Shown here piece after piece: positions 1 through 9,807 of a stretch of 64,000 nucleotides of DNA. Each line of letters begins with the position of its first letter. The first letter of the stretch is position 1. Source of the DNA: Candidatus Hydrogenedentota bacterium. GTDB taxonomy: Bacteria; Hydrogenedentota; Hydrogenedentia; Hydrogenedentales; SLHB01. The stretch is from assembly GCA_045863335.1 (NCBI GenBank), contig BTVY01000011.1, forward strand, positions 32,001-96,000, given 5' to 3'. The position numbers and the translations under genes are program-made. The notes below the pieces were generated by a model that searched no databases, was not told where the DNA came from, and saw nothing but the letters and a program-made list of their open reading frames with translations.

Positions 1-1
1 T

Positions 2-250
2 TCAACGGGAAGGTCTGAGACGGACGCGGGGACCGTGACCTGCACATTTGCGCGAAATGGGGAGACCGTCGCGGTTATCTGGCAAAAAGAGCCGTCCGGC
101 CCCGCATGGCTGCCCGTCCCGAAAGGCGCAACGGCGTTCGACCTCATGGGGAACCCACTCGCCATTACCAACGATGGGCTTGAGATTCGTAATGCTCCCG
201 TATACCTTCTGTCCGCCGCCGAAGACGTGTTGGGCAGCCATGCCGATTGA
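2..250 (+). CDS. 3' end of a gene truncated by the window start (beta-rich C-terminal domain, function not assignable)
   Basis: Frame is open from position 2 (STGRSETDAGTVTCTFARNGETVAVIW...AFDLMGNPL...NAPVYL) to TGA at 248-250. Confidence 0.6.
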   Translation, partial: STGRSETDAGTVTCTFARNGETVAVIWQKEPSGPAWLPVPKGATAFDLMGNPLAITNDGLEIRNAPVYLLSAAEDVLGSHAD

Positions 251-273
251 AACCGTTGGACAGGAGTACGTCC

Positions 274-990
274 ATGGATGAGTTGAAGTTAGATTTGCGC
301 GATTTTAATCGCATCGTCTTTTTCACCGGTGCTGGGTTATCCGCGGAAAGCGGGATTCCGACCTACCGGGGCCATGGCGGGGTGTGGGCCGAATACAACT
401 ACGAAGACTTCGCTTGCCAGCAGGCCTTTCTTCGCGACCCGGAAAAGGTTTGGGACTTCCACGACAAAAGACGCTCCAAAGTCGCGGCCTGCGAGCCCAA
501 CGCGGGGCATCGCGCCATCGCGGACGTGCAACGCACGAAACCCGATACCGTCATCATCACGCAAAACATTGACGGGCTTCACCAGCGCGCGGGCGCCACG
601 AACGTCATCGATTTGCATGGGAGCCTCTGGCGGGTCCGCTGCGAAGACGAAGATATCGTAGTCCCCAACGACCGGGTGCCAATCGAGCCGCGCCGTTGCA
701 CGTGCGGCGCCTATTGGAGGCCCGACATCGTCTGGTTCGGCGACATGCTCGATCCCGGAAACATCGAGCGGGCGATCCGGGCCTTGCAGAAGTGCGACCT
801 CTTGATAAGCGTCGGCACATCGGGAGTTGTTTATCCCGCCGCGGACTTGCCGCGGATCGCAATGGAATCCGGTGCCACCACGATCGAAATCAACCTGGAA
901 GATACCCCTGTGAGCCGTCTCTACCAGCACAGAATTCGGCATACGGCATCGGCCGCATTGGCGGCCCTGACAGAAGCGCCCATCTGCTAA
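274..990 (+). CDS. cobB: NAD-dependent protein deacylase, Sir2/CobB family
   Basis: Motifs TGAGLSAESGIPTYRG, ITQNIDGLHQRAG, LHGS, RPDIVWFG, GTSGVVYPAA, IEIN. ATG 274 preferred over TTG 247. Confidence 0.93.
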   Translation: MDELKLDLRDFNRIVFFTGAGLSAESGIPTYRGHGGVWAEYNYEDFACQQAFLRDPEKVWDFHDKRRSKVAACEPNAGHRAIADVQRTKPDTVIITQNIDGLHQRAGATNVIDLHGSLWRVRCEDEDIVVPNDRVPIEPRRCTCGAYWRPDIVWFGDMLDPGNIERAIRALQKCDLLISVGTSGVVYPAADLPRIAMESGATTIEINLEDTPVSRLYQHRIRHTASAALAALTEAPIC

Positions 991-1123
991 AATCGCCAAA
1001 GCGGTAGTCAACGGTACCAGAACTCACTCCCGGTCCTGTCAAGGTAGGTCATTATTTTTTATAGACTTAAGTGCGGTCGCGACGGCGAACTGCCGGCAAA
1101 TTCTGTTCGGAACATACTTCTTT

Positions 1124-1132
1124 TGTTATAAT
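1124..1132 (+). promoter_or_regulatory. Extended -10 promoter element (TGnTATAAT) upstream of the hybrid kinase
   Basis: TGTTATAAT in an AT-rich intergenic patch; no clear -35. Confidence 0.5.
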
Positions 1133-1300
1133 AGAAAAGAGCATAAAGGTCTGGCCGTTTGGCCAGTACGCGGGTTCCTTAAAAGCAGGAATCCAAAGAG
1201 GGGGGAGACCGGCATCCCAAGTGCCGTCTCAGTGGCGCCCACAGAGCAGTGTCGGCGCGCTCGGAGTTCGCCGCTCGAACTCCGAAACCAGGGGGACCAC

Positions 1301-3451
1301 ATGATGGGGCGAGACAGGGCGACGGACCACGATTCTGCCTCCGAGTACGGGGACGAGTGGAATCTTGGTAGTCAGTCTGGACCCCGCGAACACGCAGCCC
1401 AAGGTGTGCTCGACAATGGGCTTTCCCGGCAGGCGCAGTCGAGCCGAAACTTCTCTCAAGAGACGGAGTACGCCATCGCGGCGGAGATAGCCGCCGCGGT
1501 GCGTGAAGCGAACGCACGGTGTGACGCCGTGCGCCCTCTGTTGGAAAGTCTTGCCACACGGGTGCCGGGCATGCTGTATCAATACCGGCACTATCCCGAT
1601 GGGCGTTCCTGTTTTCCCTTCGCGAGCGAGCGTATACATGAGGTCTACGAAGTGGCGCCGAAGGACGTTGTCACCGACTGCTCCATCGTTTTCGAACGGC
1701 TGCACCGGGATGACGAAGCGCGGGTTCGGGCTTCAATCATCAAATCCTTTGAGGCGCTTGCACCGTGGAAATGCGATTACCGGGTATCGCTACCCTCCCG
1801 GGGTGAACGTTGGCTTCGAGGCGACGCGGTACCGGAGCGACTTGAAGACGGAAGCGTGCTGTGGCACGGCTACATCGCGGACATTACCGACCAGAAACGC
1901 GTGGAACAGGCACTGCACGAAAGCGAAGCGACTTTTCGCGCCCTCTTCGAACAGGCCGGTATCGGTATGGCCATGGTCGACCCGAAGGGGAGAATAGTCC
2001 GAGCCAACGAAAAACTGGTCAGGCTTCTCGGCTATCAGGCGCCGGAACTCTGCGGCATGCATGGACGAAGGGTAACGCATCCTGACGACTACGATTCCGA
2101 GAAGGTCCAGTTTATCGAGATGTTGGAGGGGAAAAACTCAGGCTACTGCGTCGAGAAGCGCTATATCCGCAAGGACGGCACCGTAATCTGGGGCCGCTTG
2201 ACGCTGACTGCGGTGCACAATCCTGCCGGGAAGTCCCCGTTCGCGATCGGGATGGTCGAGGATATCACGGACCGGAAGCGCGCGGAGGAAGAGCGGGAGC
2301 GAGCGGAATCGGAACTTCGCCACGCACAACGCATGGAAGTTGTGGGGCGGCTGGCGGGCGGCGTGGCCCATGATTTCAACAACATGCTGGGCGTAATCCT
2401 GGGGTGCGCGGAAGACGCGTTGAACCGCCTCAATCTGGATAATCCGTTGCGGCAGGATCTTGAAGGAATCCGGAGCGCCGCACAGCGGTCCGCCGATCTC
2501 ACCCGGCAACTTCTCGCGTTTTCCCGGAAGCAGACCATCGTCCCCAAAGTAATCAACCTCAACCAAGTGCTCGAACAGCACCAGAAGATGTTGCGCCGCA
2601 TCATCGGCGAGCGCATCCGGTTGGAGTTCAGTCCCGCTCCGGATCTCTGGCCCACATATATCGATCCCGCGCAGGTCGATCAGATCCTGGCCAACCTGGC
2701 TGTTAACGCCCGGGACGCCATCGCCGATACGGGTACCGTGACCGTAGCGACCCGGAACGTCCGCGTCGACCGTGAAAACACTTCCCGGTACGGTGGCGCA
2801 GCGGACGGCGAGTATGTACTTCTTTCCGTTTCCGACACCGGGGTGGGCATGCCTGAGGAGATCCGGGACCGGATATTCGAGCCGTTTTTTACGACGAAGG
2901 AACTTGGAAAGGGTACAGGCCTTGGCCTCTCCACGGTCTATGGGATCGTCCGGCAGAACGGCGGCTACATCGGCGTCGACAGCAGGATCGGCCACGGGAC
3001 GACATTGCGCGCCGTCTTTCCCCGCCACGATGGCGCCCAGGAATCGGAGGTCGAGAACCCCCGAACCGCGACTGAGAAAGGGACCGAGACAATCCTGCTG
3101 GTCGAAGATGAGGAAAGGCTCCTCCAACTAGTTCAGCGGCTATTGGTCCATCAAGGTTACACCGTGCTGGTTGCATCGTCCGCTGAACAGGCCGTGACCG
3201 TCGCTGCTGACGTGCGCGACGAAATACAGTTGCTGCTGACGGATGTGGTCATGCCGTCCATGAACGGAAGAGAGTTGAGCGAGCGAATCCGGCAGATCGT
3301 CCCCGGAATTCGCGTGCTCTATATGTCGGGGTACGCCGGTGACGTGATCGGAAACGTTGGCGTACACGAATCAGCGTACGATTTTATCGCAAAACCCTTT
3401 TCGGTCCTCGATCTGACCGCCAAGATTCGAAACATCCTGAACCGGGAGTAG
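1301..3451 (+). CDS. Soluble PAS-PAS hybrid sensor histidine kinase/response regulator
   Basis: Two PAS/PAC domains, H-box [13 protein letters not shown], HATPase ([26 protein letters not shown]) and C-terminal receiver ([20 protein letters not shown]). Start uncertain (1232 GTG or 1301/1304 ATG). Confidence 0.92.
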   Translation: MMGRDRATDHDSASEYGDEWNLGSQSGPREHAAQGVLDNGLSRQAQSSRNFSQETEYAIAAEIAAAVREANARCDAVRPLLESLATRVPGMLYQYRHYPDGRSCFPFASERIHEVYEVAPKDVVTDCSIVFERLHRDDEARVRASIIKSFEALAPWKCDYRVSLPSRGERWLRGDAVPERLEDGSVLWHGYIADITDQKRVEQALHESEATFRALFEQAGIGMAMVDPKGRIVRANEKLVRLLGYQAPELCGMHGRRVTHPDDYDSEKVQFIEMLEGKNSGYCVEKRYIRKDGTVIWGRLTLTAVHNPAGKSPFAIGMVEDITDRKRAEEERERAESELRHAQRMEVVGRLAGGVAHDFNNMLGVILGCAEDALNRLNLDNPLRQDLEGIRSAAQRSADLTRQLLAFSRKQTIVPKVINLNQVLEQHQKMLRRIIGERIRLEFSPAPDLWPTYIDPAQVDQILANLAVNARDAIADTGTVTVATRNVRVDRENTSRYGGAADGEYVLLSVSDTGVGMPEEIRDRIFEPFFTTKELGKGTGLGLSTVYGIVRQNGGYIGVDSRIGHGTTLRAVFPRHDGAQESEVENPRTATEKGTETILLVEDEERLLQLVQRLLVHQGYTVLVASSAEQAVTVAADVRDEIQLLLTDVVMPSMNGRELSERIRQIVPGIRVLYMSGYAGDVIGNVGVHESAYDFIAKPFSVLDLTAKIRNILNRE

Positions 3452-3626
3452 CGATCCAGCCCTCGCGAGCGGAGCCGCGATTCAATTGGATGCGTGCCCC
3501 GCAACTCCACATGCGACGGCCCGCGCCCATCTGCTATGATCGCCGACATTCATCATGCGAGGCCGGGTGATAGCTGCCAATGGTCGCCCACTTCGTAACC
3601 TCAGATCCCAACAAGGAGCGGATTGC

Positions 3627-4802
<1,176 letters not shown>

Positions 4803-4804
4803 TT

Positions 4805-5953
4805 ATGACGTACCCGAATCTTGATCTCACCGGAGTGCCCACGCCTTGTTACGTGGTGGACGAAGGCGCTTTGCGGCGCAATTTGGAAATCCTCGCCAAG
4901 GTGCAGGACGCGGCCCAGTGCACAATCATTCTGGCGCTCAAAGGCTTCGCCATGTGGAGCGCATTTCCCATTGTGAAGGAGTACCTGCGCGGTACGACGG
5001 CCAGTTCCGTCAACGAAGCGCGGCTCGGGCGAGAGGAATTCGGCGGCGAAGTGCACGTCTACGCGCCGGCCTACAGCGACGACGAGATGCCGGAACTGAT
5101 CCAGTTAGCCGATCACATCACCTTCAATTCCTTTACACAGTGGCAGCGCTTTCAACCGGTGATCGAGAGTAGCGAGAAACGAGTGGCTTGTGGACTGCGC
5201 ATCAATCCCGAGCACTCGGAAGTGTCCGTCAAACTCTATGATCCCTGCGCGCCCTGTTCGCGGCTGGGGATGACCCGCGCCATGTTTGAAGGACAATCGC
5301 TCGTCGGCATCTCGGGCCTGCACTTCCATACCCTTTGCGAACTGAACAGCGACGCCCTTGAGCGAACGCTCAAGGCCGTGGAAGAGAAGTTCGGCAAGTT
5401 TCTCGATCAGATGGAATGGATCAACTTTGGGGGCGGCCACCACATTACCCGGCCTGACTACAACGTCGACCTGCTGATTGAATTGGTGACCCGGTTCAGC
5501 CAACGCTACAACGTGAAGGTCTACCTCGAACCCGGCGAAGCCATTGCGCTGAACACCGGCGTGCTCGTGACCACCGTGCTCGACGTGTTCAACAACGGCA
5601 TGGACATCGCCATTCTCGACACGTCTGCCACGGCTCACATGCCCGACGTACTGGAAATGCCCTATCGTCCCGAGATTATCGGGGGCGACAAGCCCCGCAA
5701 ACTTCCTTACACCTATCGTCTCGGCGGCCTGACCTGTCTCGCGGGCGACGTGATTGGCGACTACTCCTTTAAACGTCCCCTCAAACCGGGTGACCGATTG
5801 GTGTTCCTCGACATGGCCCACTACACCATGGTGAAAAACACCACCTTCAATGGCGTACCCCTCCCATCCATCGCCTTGTACAACCCCGAAACCCGCCGAG
5901 GCCGCGTCGTCAGACGCTTTGGCTACGAGGATTACAAAAGCAGATTGTCGTAG
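4805..5953 (+). CDS. nspC: Carboxynorspermidine decarboxylase
   Basis: PTPCYVVDE, LALKGF (PLP lysine), GLHFHTLCE, NFGGGHHITR, LEPGEA, HMPDVLEMPY, CLAGD, HYTMVKNTTFNG. Confidence 0.95.
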   Translation: MTYPNLDLTGVPTPCYVVDEGALRRNLEILAKVQDAAQCTIILALKGFAMWSAFPIVKEYLRGTTASSVNEARLGREEFGGEVHVYAPAYSDDEMPELIQLADHITFNSFTQWQRFQPVIESSEKRVACGLRINPEHSEVSVKLYDPCAPCSRLGMTRAMFEGQSLVGISGLHFHTLCELNSDALERTLKAVEEKFGKFLDQMEWINFGGGHHITRPDYNVDLLIELVTRFSQRYNVKVYLEPGEAIALNTGVLVTTVLDVFNNGMDIAILDTSATAHMPDVLEMPYRPEIIGGDKPRKLPYTYRLGGLTCLAGDVIGDYSFKRPLKPGDRLVFLDMAHYTMVKNTTFNGVPLPSIALYNPETRRGRVVRRFGYEDYKSRLS

Positions 5954-5968
5954 TTCAGGCTGGAGACG

Positions 5969-6100
5969 GGAGGCTGGAGGGGAAGCAGGCGCCGCCAAAG
6001 CAACGGCTATCAACTCCAATTGTCAGTATATAGAATCGGTCACGCTGTTCGGTATCGCGCTACCCGTGTCCCGACCGCGCCCCTTCCGCCTCCAGCCTCC
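5969..6100. repeat. Imperfect inverted repeat built from AGGCTGG-type units
   Basis: GGAGGCTGGAGGGGAAG (5969-5985) is complementary to CTTCCGCCTCCAGCCTCC (6083-6100) with one bulge. Confidence 0.55.
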
Positions 6101-6111
6101 TGCCTATCCAC

Positions 6112-6141
6112 TTGACGACCGTGCCGCGCGTTGGGTATAAC
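6112..6141 (+). promoter_or_regulatory. Sigma70-type promoter of comEA
   Basis: TTGACG (6112-6117), 18 bp, TATAAC (6136-6141). Confidence 0.65.
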
Positions 6142-6194
6142 GCGCACTGTGCGGGGTGACTAGAACCCCCGGGTCTTTGCGGGAGGACCCTCAG

Positions 6195-7007
6195 GTGTTA
6201 TCGGGCAACCTTAGCCGTCTGCTAACGTCAAAAGAGCAATTTGTATTGGCCGGGCTTGGAGCGGCCATCGTGATTGGCTGCCTCGTCATCGCGTTCACCC
6301 GTGACGCTCCCCACACGGAAGGGGCGGCGGTAGTTGCGCCTATGGTCGATGCAGCCACCGCCAATCCAGCTCACGTTGCGCCGCCACCGCCACCCCGAAT
6401 CGATGCCACAATTCCGCCGTCACTTCCGCAGGAGAACACAACCCTTCCAAAGCAGGTCGCTGTCGCAATTTCCGGCGCGATCCGTACGCCCGGTGTCTAC
6501 ACCTTGAATCGTGGCGCTCGGGTTCAGGATCTCGTTGACGAGGCTGGCGGACTGCTCGACGAGGCAGACACGAGCGACATCAACCTGGCCGCGACACTCC
6601 TGGACGGCAGCGCGCTGACGATTCCCGCGGGGGCATATTCCTCCACCGACGGCGGTCGTCTTGTGGTGAAGGGTGCGCCACGGCAAGTCGTTCGGAACCC
6701 ATTGGAATACACGATATCCGGATGGGGGCACAGTCAGCAGGCGCACGGCACGCGCCACTTCAGCTCGACGCAACAGACGAGCCATATGGATGACGATTCC
6801 AAAACGAATGGGCTGATCGATCTCAACACGGCGTCGCAGGAACAACTCGAAACCCTCCCAGGGATCGGCGCCGTGAAAGCCCAGGAGATCATTAAGTATC
6901 GCAGCCAGCAACCCTTCAACAGCGTGGACGATCTTGACAACGTGCATGGAATTGGACTGAAGACACTCGAAAACCTGCGTCCGCTGGTCACAGTCAGTCC
7001 GGTCTGA
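6195..7007 (+). CDS. comEA: ComEA-type DNA-binding competence protein (TM + SLBB + helix-hairpin-helix)
   Basis: N-terminal TM, SLBB (VAISGAIRTPGVYTL...RVQDLVDEAGG...INLA), HhH (IDLNTASQEQLETLPGIGAVKAQEIIKYR...VHGIG). GGGAGG RBS 8 nt before GTG 6195. Confidence 0.9.
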   Translation: MLSGNLSRLLTSKEQFVLAGLGAAIVIGCLVIAFTRDAPHTEGAAVVAPMVDAATANPAHVAPPPPPRIDATIPPSLPQENTTLPKQVAVAISGAIRTPGVYTLNRGARVQDLVDEAGGLLDEADTSDINLAATLLDGSALTIPAGAYSSTDGGRLVVKGAPRQVVRNPLEYTISGWGHSQQAHGTRHFSSTQQTSHMDDDSKTNGLIDLNTASQEQLETLPGIGAVKAQEIIKYRSQQPFNSVDDLDNVHGIGLKTLENLRPLVTVSPV

Positions 7008-7101
7008 ATCGCACGCGTTCGATCCAGGGGCGACTCCCACAAAAACACTGGACACTAGGTTCGTACTATGACAAAATCACGATGGGAGGTGCGCGTTCAT
7101 C

Positions 7102-7878
7102 ATGCTAGAGCAGCGATCCGGGTCTGAAGATACCTTCGAGCACATCGACGCCGACGCGGTTTGCGAACAATGCAGTACGGTCAACCCGGCCGGAACCTTG
7201 TTGTGCAAGACCTGCGGCAACAACCTGCGCGACCAGCGGATGCGGCGTCTTGCCGCCGATGAGGGCATGGATGTCGTCCACATCTCCGACCGGCCGCGCC
7301 GGGTCTTGACCGGCTTGTTAGTCGTCTTCGGGCTGCTGGCTGTCGTATGGGCCGCCATCAATGTTTACAACGGCAATATTGAAGAATGGCTCACTCGCCG
7401 CATTTCCACAACGCAGACGCCCGAATCCATTAACCCCGACCGCTTCTGGTCTGGAGGCGATGCGTCCCTCTACGATGCCATGGCGGCGGAACTCCGAGAA
7501 AACCCTATTACGGACGAGGAAGCCGCACTTACCTCGCCGGCGGCCGATGTGCCGGAAGGGCTTGACGGGCGATATGTCATTCGGTCCTCGGACGGATCGC
7601 GCATCGTAGGCAGCGCACTTGTGCGAACCCGCGGGGACGCCGTTTATTTCGTTGCGGAATTGGGGCGTGCTGTCGAACTTCGTGGCCGCGTTCCCGCCGG
7701 CAATGAAGAACAATATGAAGCGGAGCAGATCGGTGTAGAATGGGGGAATTCCGTCCTGGATGCCTATGGCGTCGCGCGCCCGCAGCCTGACGGCACCTAT
7801 CTTTGCGCCGGAATGGTCTCCAACGCGAACAATCAAACCTACACGGCGTCTGCATTCAAAGTCTCTCCGGCCCCCTGA
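7102..7878 (+). CDS. Zinc-ribbon, single-pass membrane protein of unknown function
   Basis: CEQC-x10-CKTC near the N-terminus, a hydrophobic TM (VLTGLLVVFGLLAVVWAAI) and a beta-rich C-terminal domain; GGGAGG RBS. Confidence 0.75.
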   Translation: MLEQRSGSEDTFEHIDADAVCEQCSTVNPAGTLLCKTCGNNLRDQRMRRLAADEGMDVVHISDRPRRVLTGLLVVFGLLAVVWAAINVYNGNIEEWLTRRISTTQTPESINPDRFWSGGDASLYDAMAAELRENPITDEEAALTSPAADVPEGLDGRYVIRSSDGSRIVGSALVRTRGDAVYFVAELGRAVELRGRVPAGNEEQYEAEQIGVEWGNSVLDAYGVARPQPDGTYLCAGMVSNANNQTYTASAFKVSPAP

Positions 7879-7905
7879 CGCCGTGTAGCGAAACGGTATC
7901 CCGGT

Positions 7906-8367
7906 GTGAAAACGAAGCACTATCTGGCCGCAGGCGGCATCGTACTGGACTCTTCGGGGCGAGTCCTGATCCTCGAACGCGATGTCGAACGCGAAGGGGG
8001 AGTCGTCCACGAGGTTCGCCTCCCCAAGGGGCACGTGGACGAGGGCGAAACCGACGAGCAGGCCGCTCTCCGGGAGACCTGTGAGGAGTCTGGATACTGC
8101 GATCTCGAGATTCTCGGGGATCTTGGGATGGCCCGCAGCGAGTACGTTTTCAGAAATACGCGTTACGTTCGCGACGAACATTACTTCCTTATGCGACTCC
8201 GCAGCCGGGAATGCCGGCCGCCAGATGTGCACCCCGATTCCGAAGAGGCCCTGTTCCGGGCCGCATGGGCGCCGGGGCTCCAGGCCCTTTGTGCCGATCT
8301 CACCTACGAAAGTGAGCGTGACTTCGCAGCGCGCGCGTTGCGCTACCTACAGTCCCAGCAGCAGTAA
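7906..8367 (+). CDS. NUDIX hydrolase (Ap4A hydrolase-like)
   Basis: Nudix box LPKGHVDEGETDEQAALRETCEESG; N-terminal AAGGIV. Confidence 0.9.
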   Translation: MKTKHYLAAGGIVLDSSGRVLILERDVEREGGVVHEVRLPKGHVDEGETDEQAALRETCEESGYCDLEILGDLGMARSEYVFRNTRYVRDEHYFLMRLRSRECRPPDVHPDSEEALFRAAWAPGLQALCADLTYESERDFAARALRYLQSQQQ

Positions 8368-8523
8368 GCCCTCTGCAATCCTGCCCTTGTACGTGCACAA
8401 AATCGAACACAAAATTAAATTATTGACAAAATTGTACAAGTTAAGACCGGCGATTAACGCGATCTGGCCTGCCTTGTCAAGCTAACTCCGCCAAATACAC
8501 CATATTTTATTGAATATGCAAAT

Positions 8524-8539
8524 TGGCACGAACATTGCT
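8524..8539 (+). promoter_or_regulatory. Sigma54 (RpoN) -24/-12 promoter
   Basis: TGGCAC-GAACA-TTGCT matches the consensus TGGCAC-N5-TTGCW exactly; AT-rich region upstream (about 8385-8520). Confidence 0.8.
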
Positions 8540-8633
8540 CTGTCAATAATTGACCGTCGCGGGATTAGGAGACCGTCGACGGTAGCTGTGATGCGAAGAT
8601 GCACAAGCTTAACGACGGGAGATAAAACGAGCA

Positions 8634-8786
8634 ATGAGTAGCGGAATCGAGACCAAGTCACCCATCACGGCGTGGTATCTCACGCGAATTCGCGGATTGA
8701 AAGTCGCTTATCGGTCCCTCCAGCCGAAGTACGTGGCCATGGGCTTCGTGGTATACGCGACCACCTGGGTCATCGTGCCCAGCTAA
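8634..8786 (+). CDS. Putative 50-aa small protein (below the ORF-track cut-off)
   Basis: MSSGIETKSPITAWYLTRIRGLKVAYRSLQPKYVAMGFVVYATTWVIVPS*; GGGAG 12 nt upstream; lies between a sigma54 promoter and a terminator. Confidence 0.55.
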   Translation: MSSGIETKSPITAWYLTRIRGLKVAYRSLQPKYVAMGFVVYATTWVIVPS

Positions 8787-8836
8787 CTTCACCCTCAATA
8801 CGCGGCTAAGCCGCGTGCCCTCATAATCCCACCTCC

Positions 8837-8875
8837 GCCGCCGCCCTTTGCACCGGGGCGGCGGCCTCTCTTTTT
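8837..8875 (+). terminator. Rho-independent terminator
   Basis: GCCGCCGCCC/GGGCGGCGGC 10-bp stem followed by CTCTCTTTTT. Confidence 0.75.
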
Positions 8876-8985
8876 CGTCCATGCGGGCCATACCGTCCAT
8901 ATCGCCCATAAGTTCTCTCCAACCGTGTTGCACAAAACCCCTTCTCCGTCGTTATATGAAGCAGAAGCAGTCCCGGGGATGCGGA

Positions 8986-9519
8986 ATGAACGAGATCTCA
9001 CACGAAGGTCCGGACTGGATACGCTCGGCGTTGCATCGATTTGAGCGGCCGCTCATCGCCTATGCGTACCGGTTTACGGGCGACCTGGAGACGGCGCGCG
9101 ACGTCGTCCAGGACACCTTTCTGAAGCTGTGCCAGGCGGATGCAAACCGCTTGAACGGGCGGCTGGCCGGGTGGTTGTACACCGTGTGCCGCAACCGGGC
9201 GCTGGATGTGCGCAAGAAGGAAGCGCGTTCGGAACCCCTTCAGGAGGGGCAAGCCGAGGCGGTGGAAAGCGCGGCACCGTGGCCAAGCGCGCAGGCGCAG
9301 GCCAACGAGACGCAGCGGCTCATCTTGGAGGCCGTGGCTTCCATGCCGGATCACCGGCAGGAGGTCTTCCAATTGAAATTTCGCGATGGGCTGACCTACC
9401 GCGAAATCAGCGCGGCGACGGGGCTTCCCCTATCGACCGTGAGCTACCACATCCACGCGGCCATGTCCGACGTGTGTGAACGGCTCCGCTTCCACGTGGA
9501 CGCGGCGCATGAAAACTAG
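8986..9519 (+). CDS. ECF-type RNA polymerase sigma factor
   Basis: Region 2 (LIAYAYRFTGDLETARDVVQDTFLKL...WLYTVCRNRALD) and region 4 (FRDGLTYREISAATGLPLSTVSYHI). Confidence 0.92.
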   Translation: MNEISHEGPDWIRSALHRFERPLIAYAYRFTGDLETARDVVQDTFLKLCQADANRLNGRLAGWLYTVCRNRALDVRKKEARSEPLQEGQAEAVESAAPWPSAQAQANETQRLILEAVASMPDHRQEVFQLKFRDGLTYREISAATGLPLSTVSYHIHAAMSDVCERLRFHVDAAHEN

Positions 9520-9584
9520 ACAAACGACCGCTCGCTAAACAGCAGTGCACGAAGGATACAACAGCACGATGGCTACACCGAAGC

Positions 9585-9740
9585 ACATCCCCCTTGATCC
9601 CCCTTCAACGGGGGAATTTGCTCAAGGCCGTTTTGGGTGGGATGCGCAGCGCATGTCCCGATCGGCGAATCGTGACGTTCTTCACACAACGCAACGCGTT
9701 GTGAACGATTCCCCCTTCGAAGGGGGATCAAGGGGGATGT
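9585..9740. repeat. REP/REPIN-like pair of 33-bp inverted repeats
   Basis: ACATCCCCCTTGATCCCCCTTCAACGGGGGAAT (9585-9617) matches the reverse complement of 9708-9740 at 31/33. Each unit is itself partly palindromic (CCCCCTTCGAAGGGGG). Confidence 0.8.
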
Positions 9741-9807
9741 TTCTTTCGTCTCGCGAGTCGGACCTTCGTGTCCCGGCTGGATCCCGGCGCAATAGAGGAA
9801 TCATCCG

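Noticed and set aside
274-990. Sir2 anti-phage NADase
   Set aside because: Stand-alone CobB-type deacylase with a canonical catalytic His and no defence partner gene.
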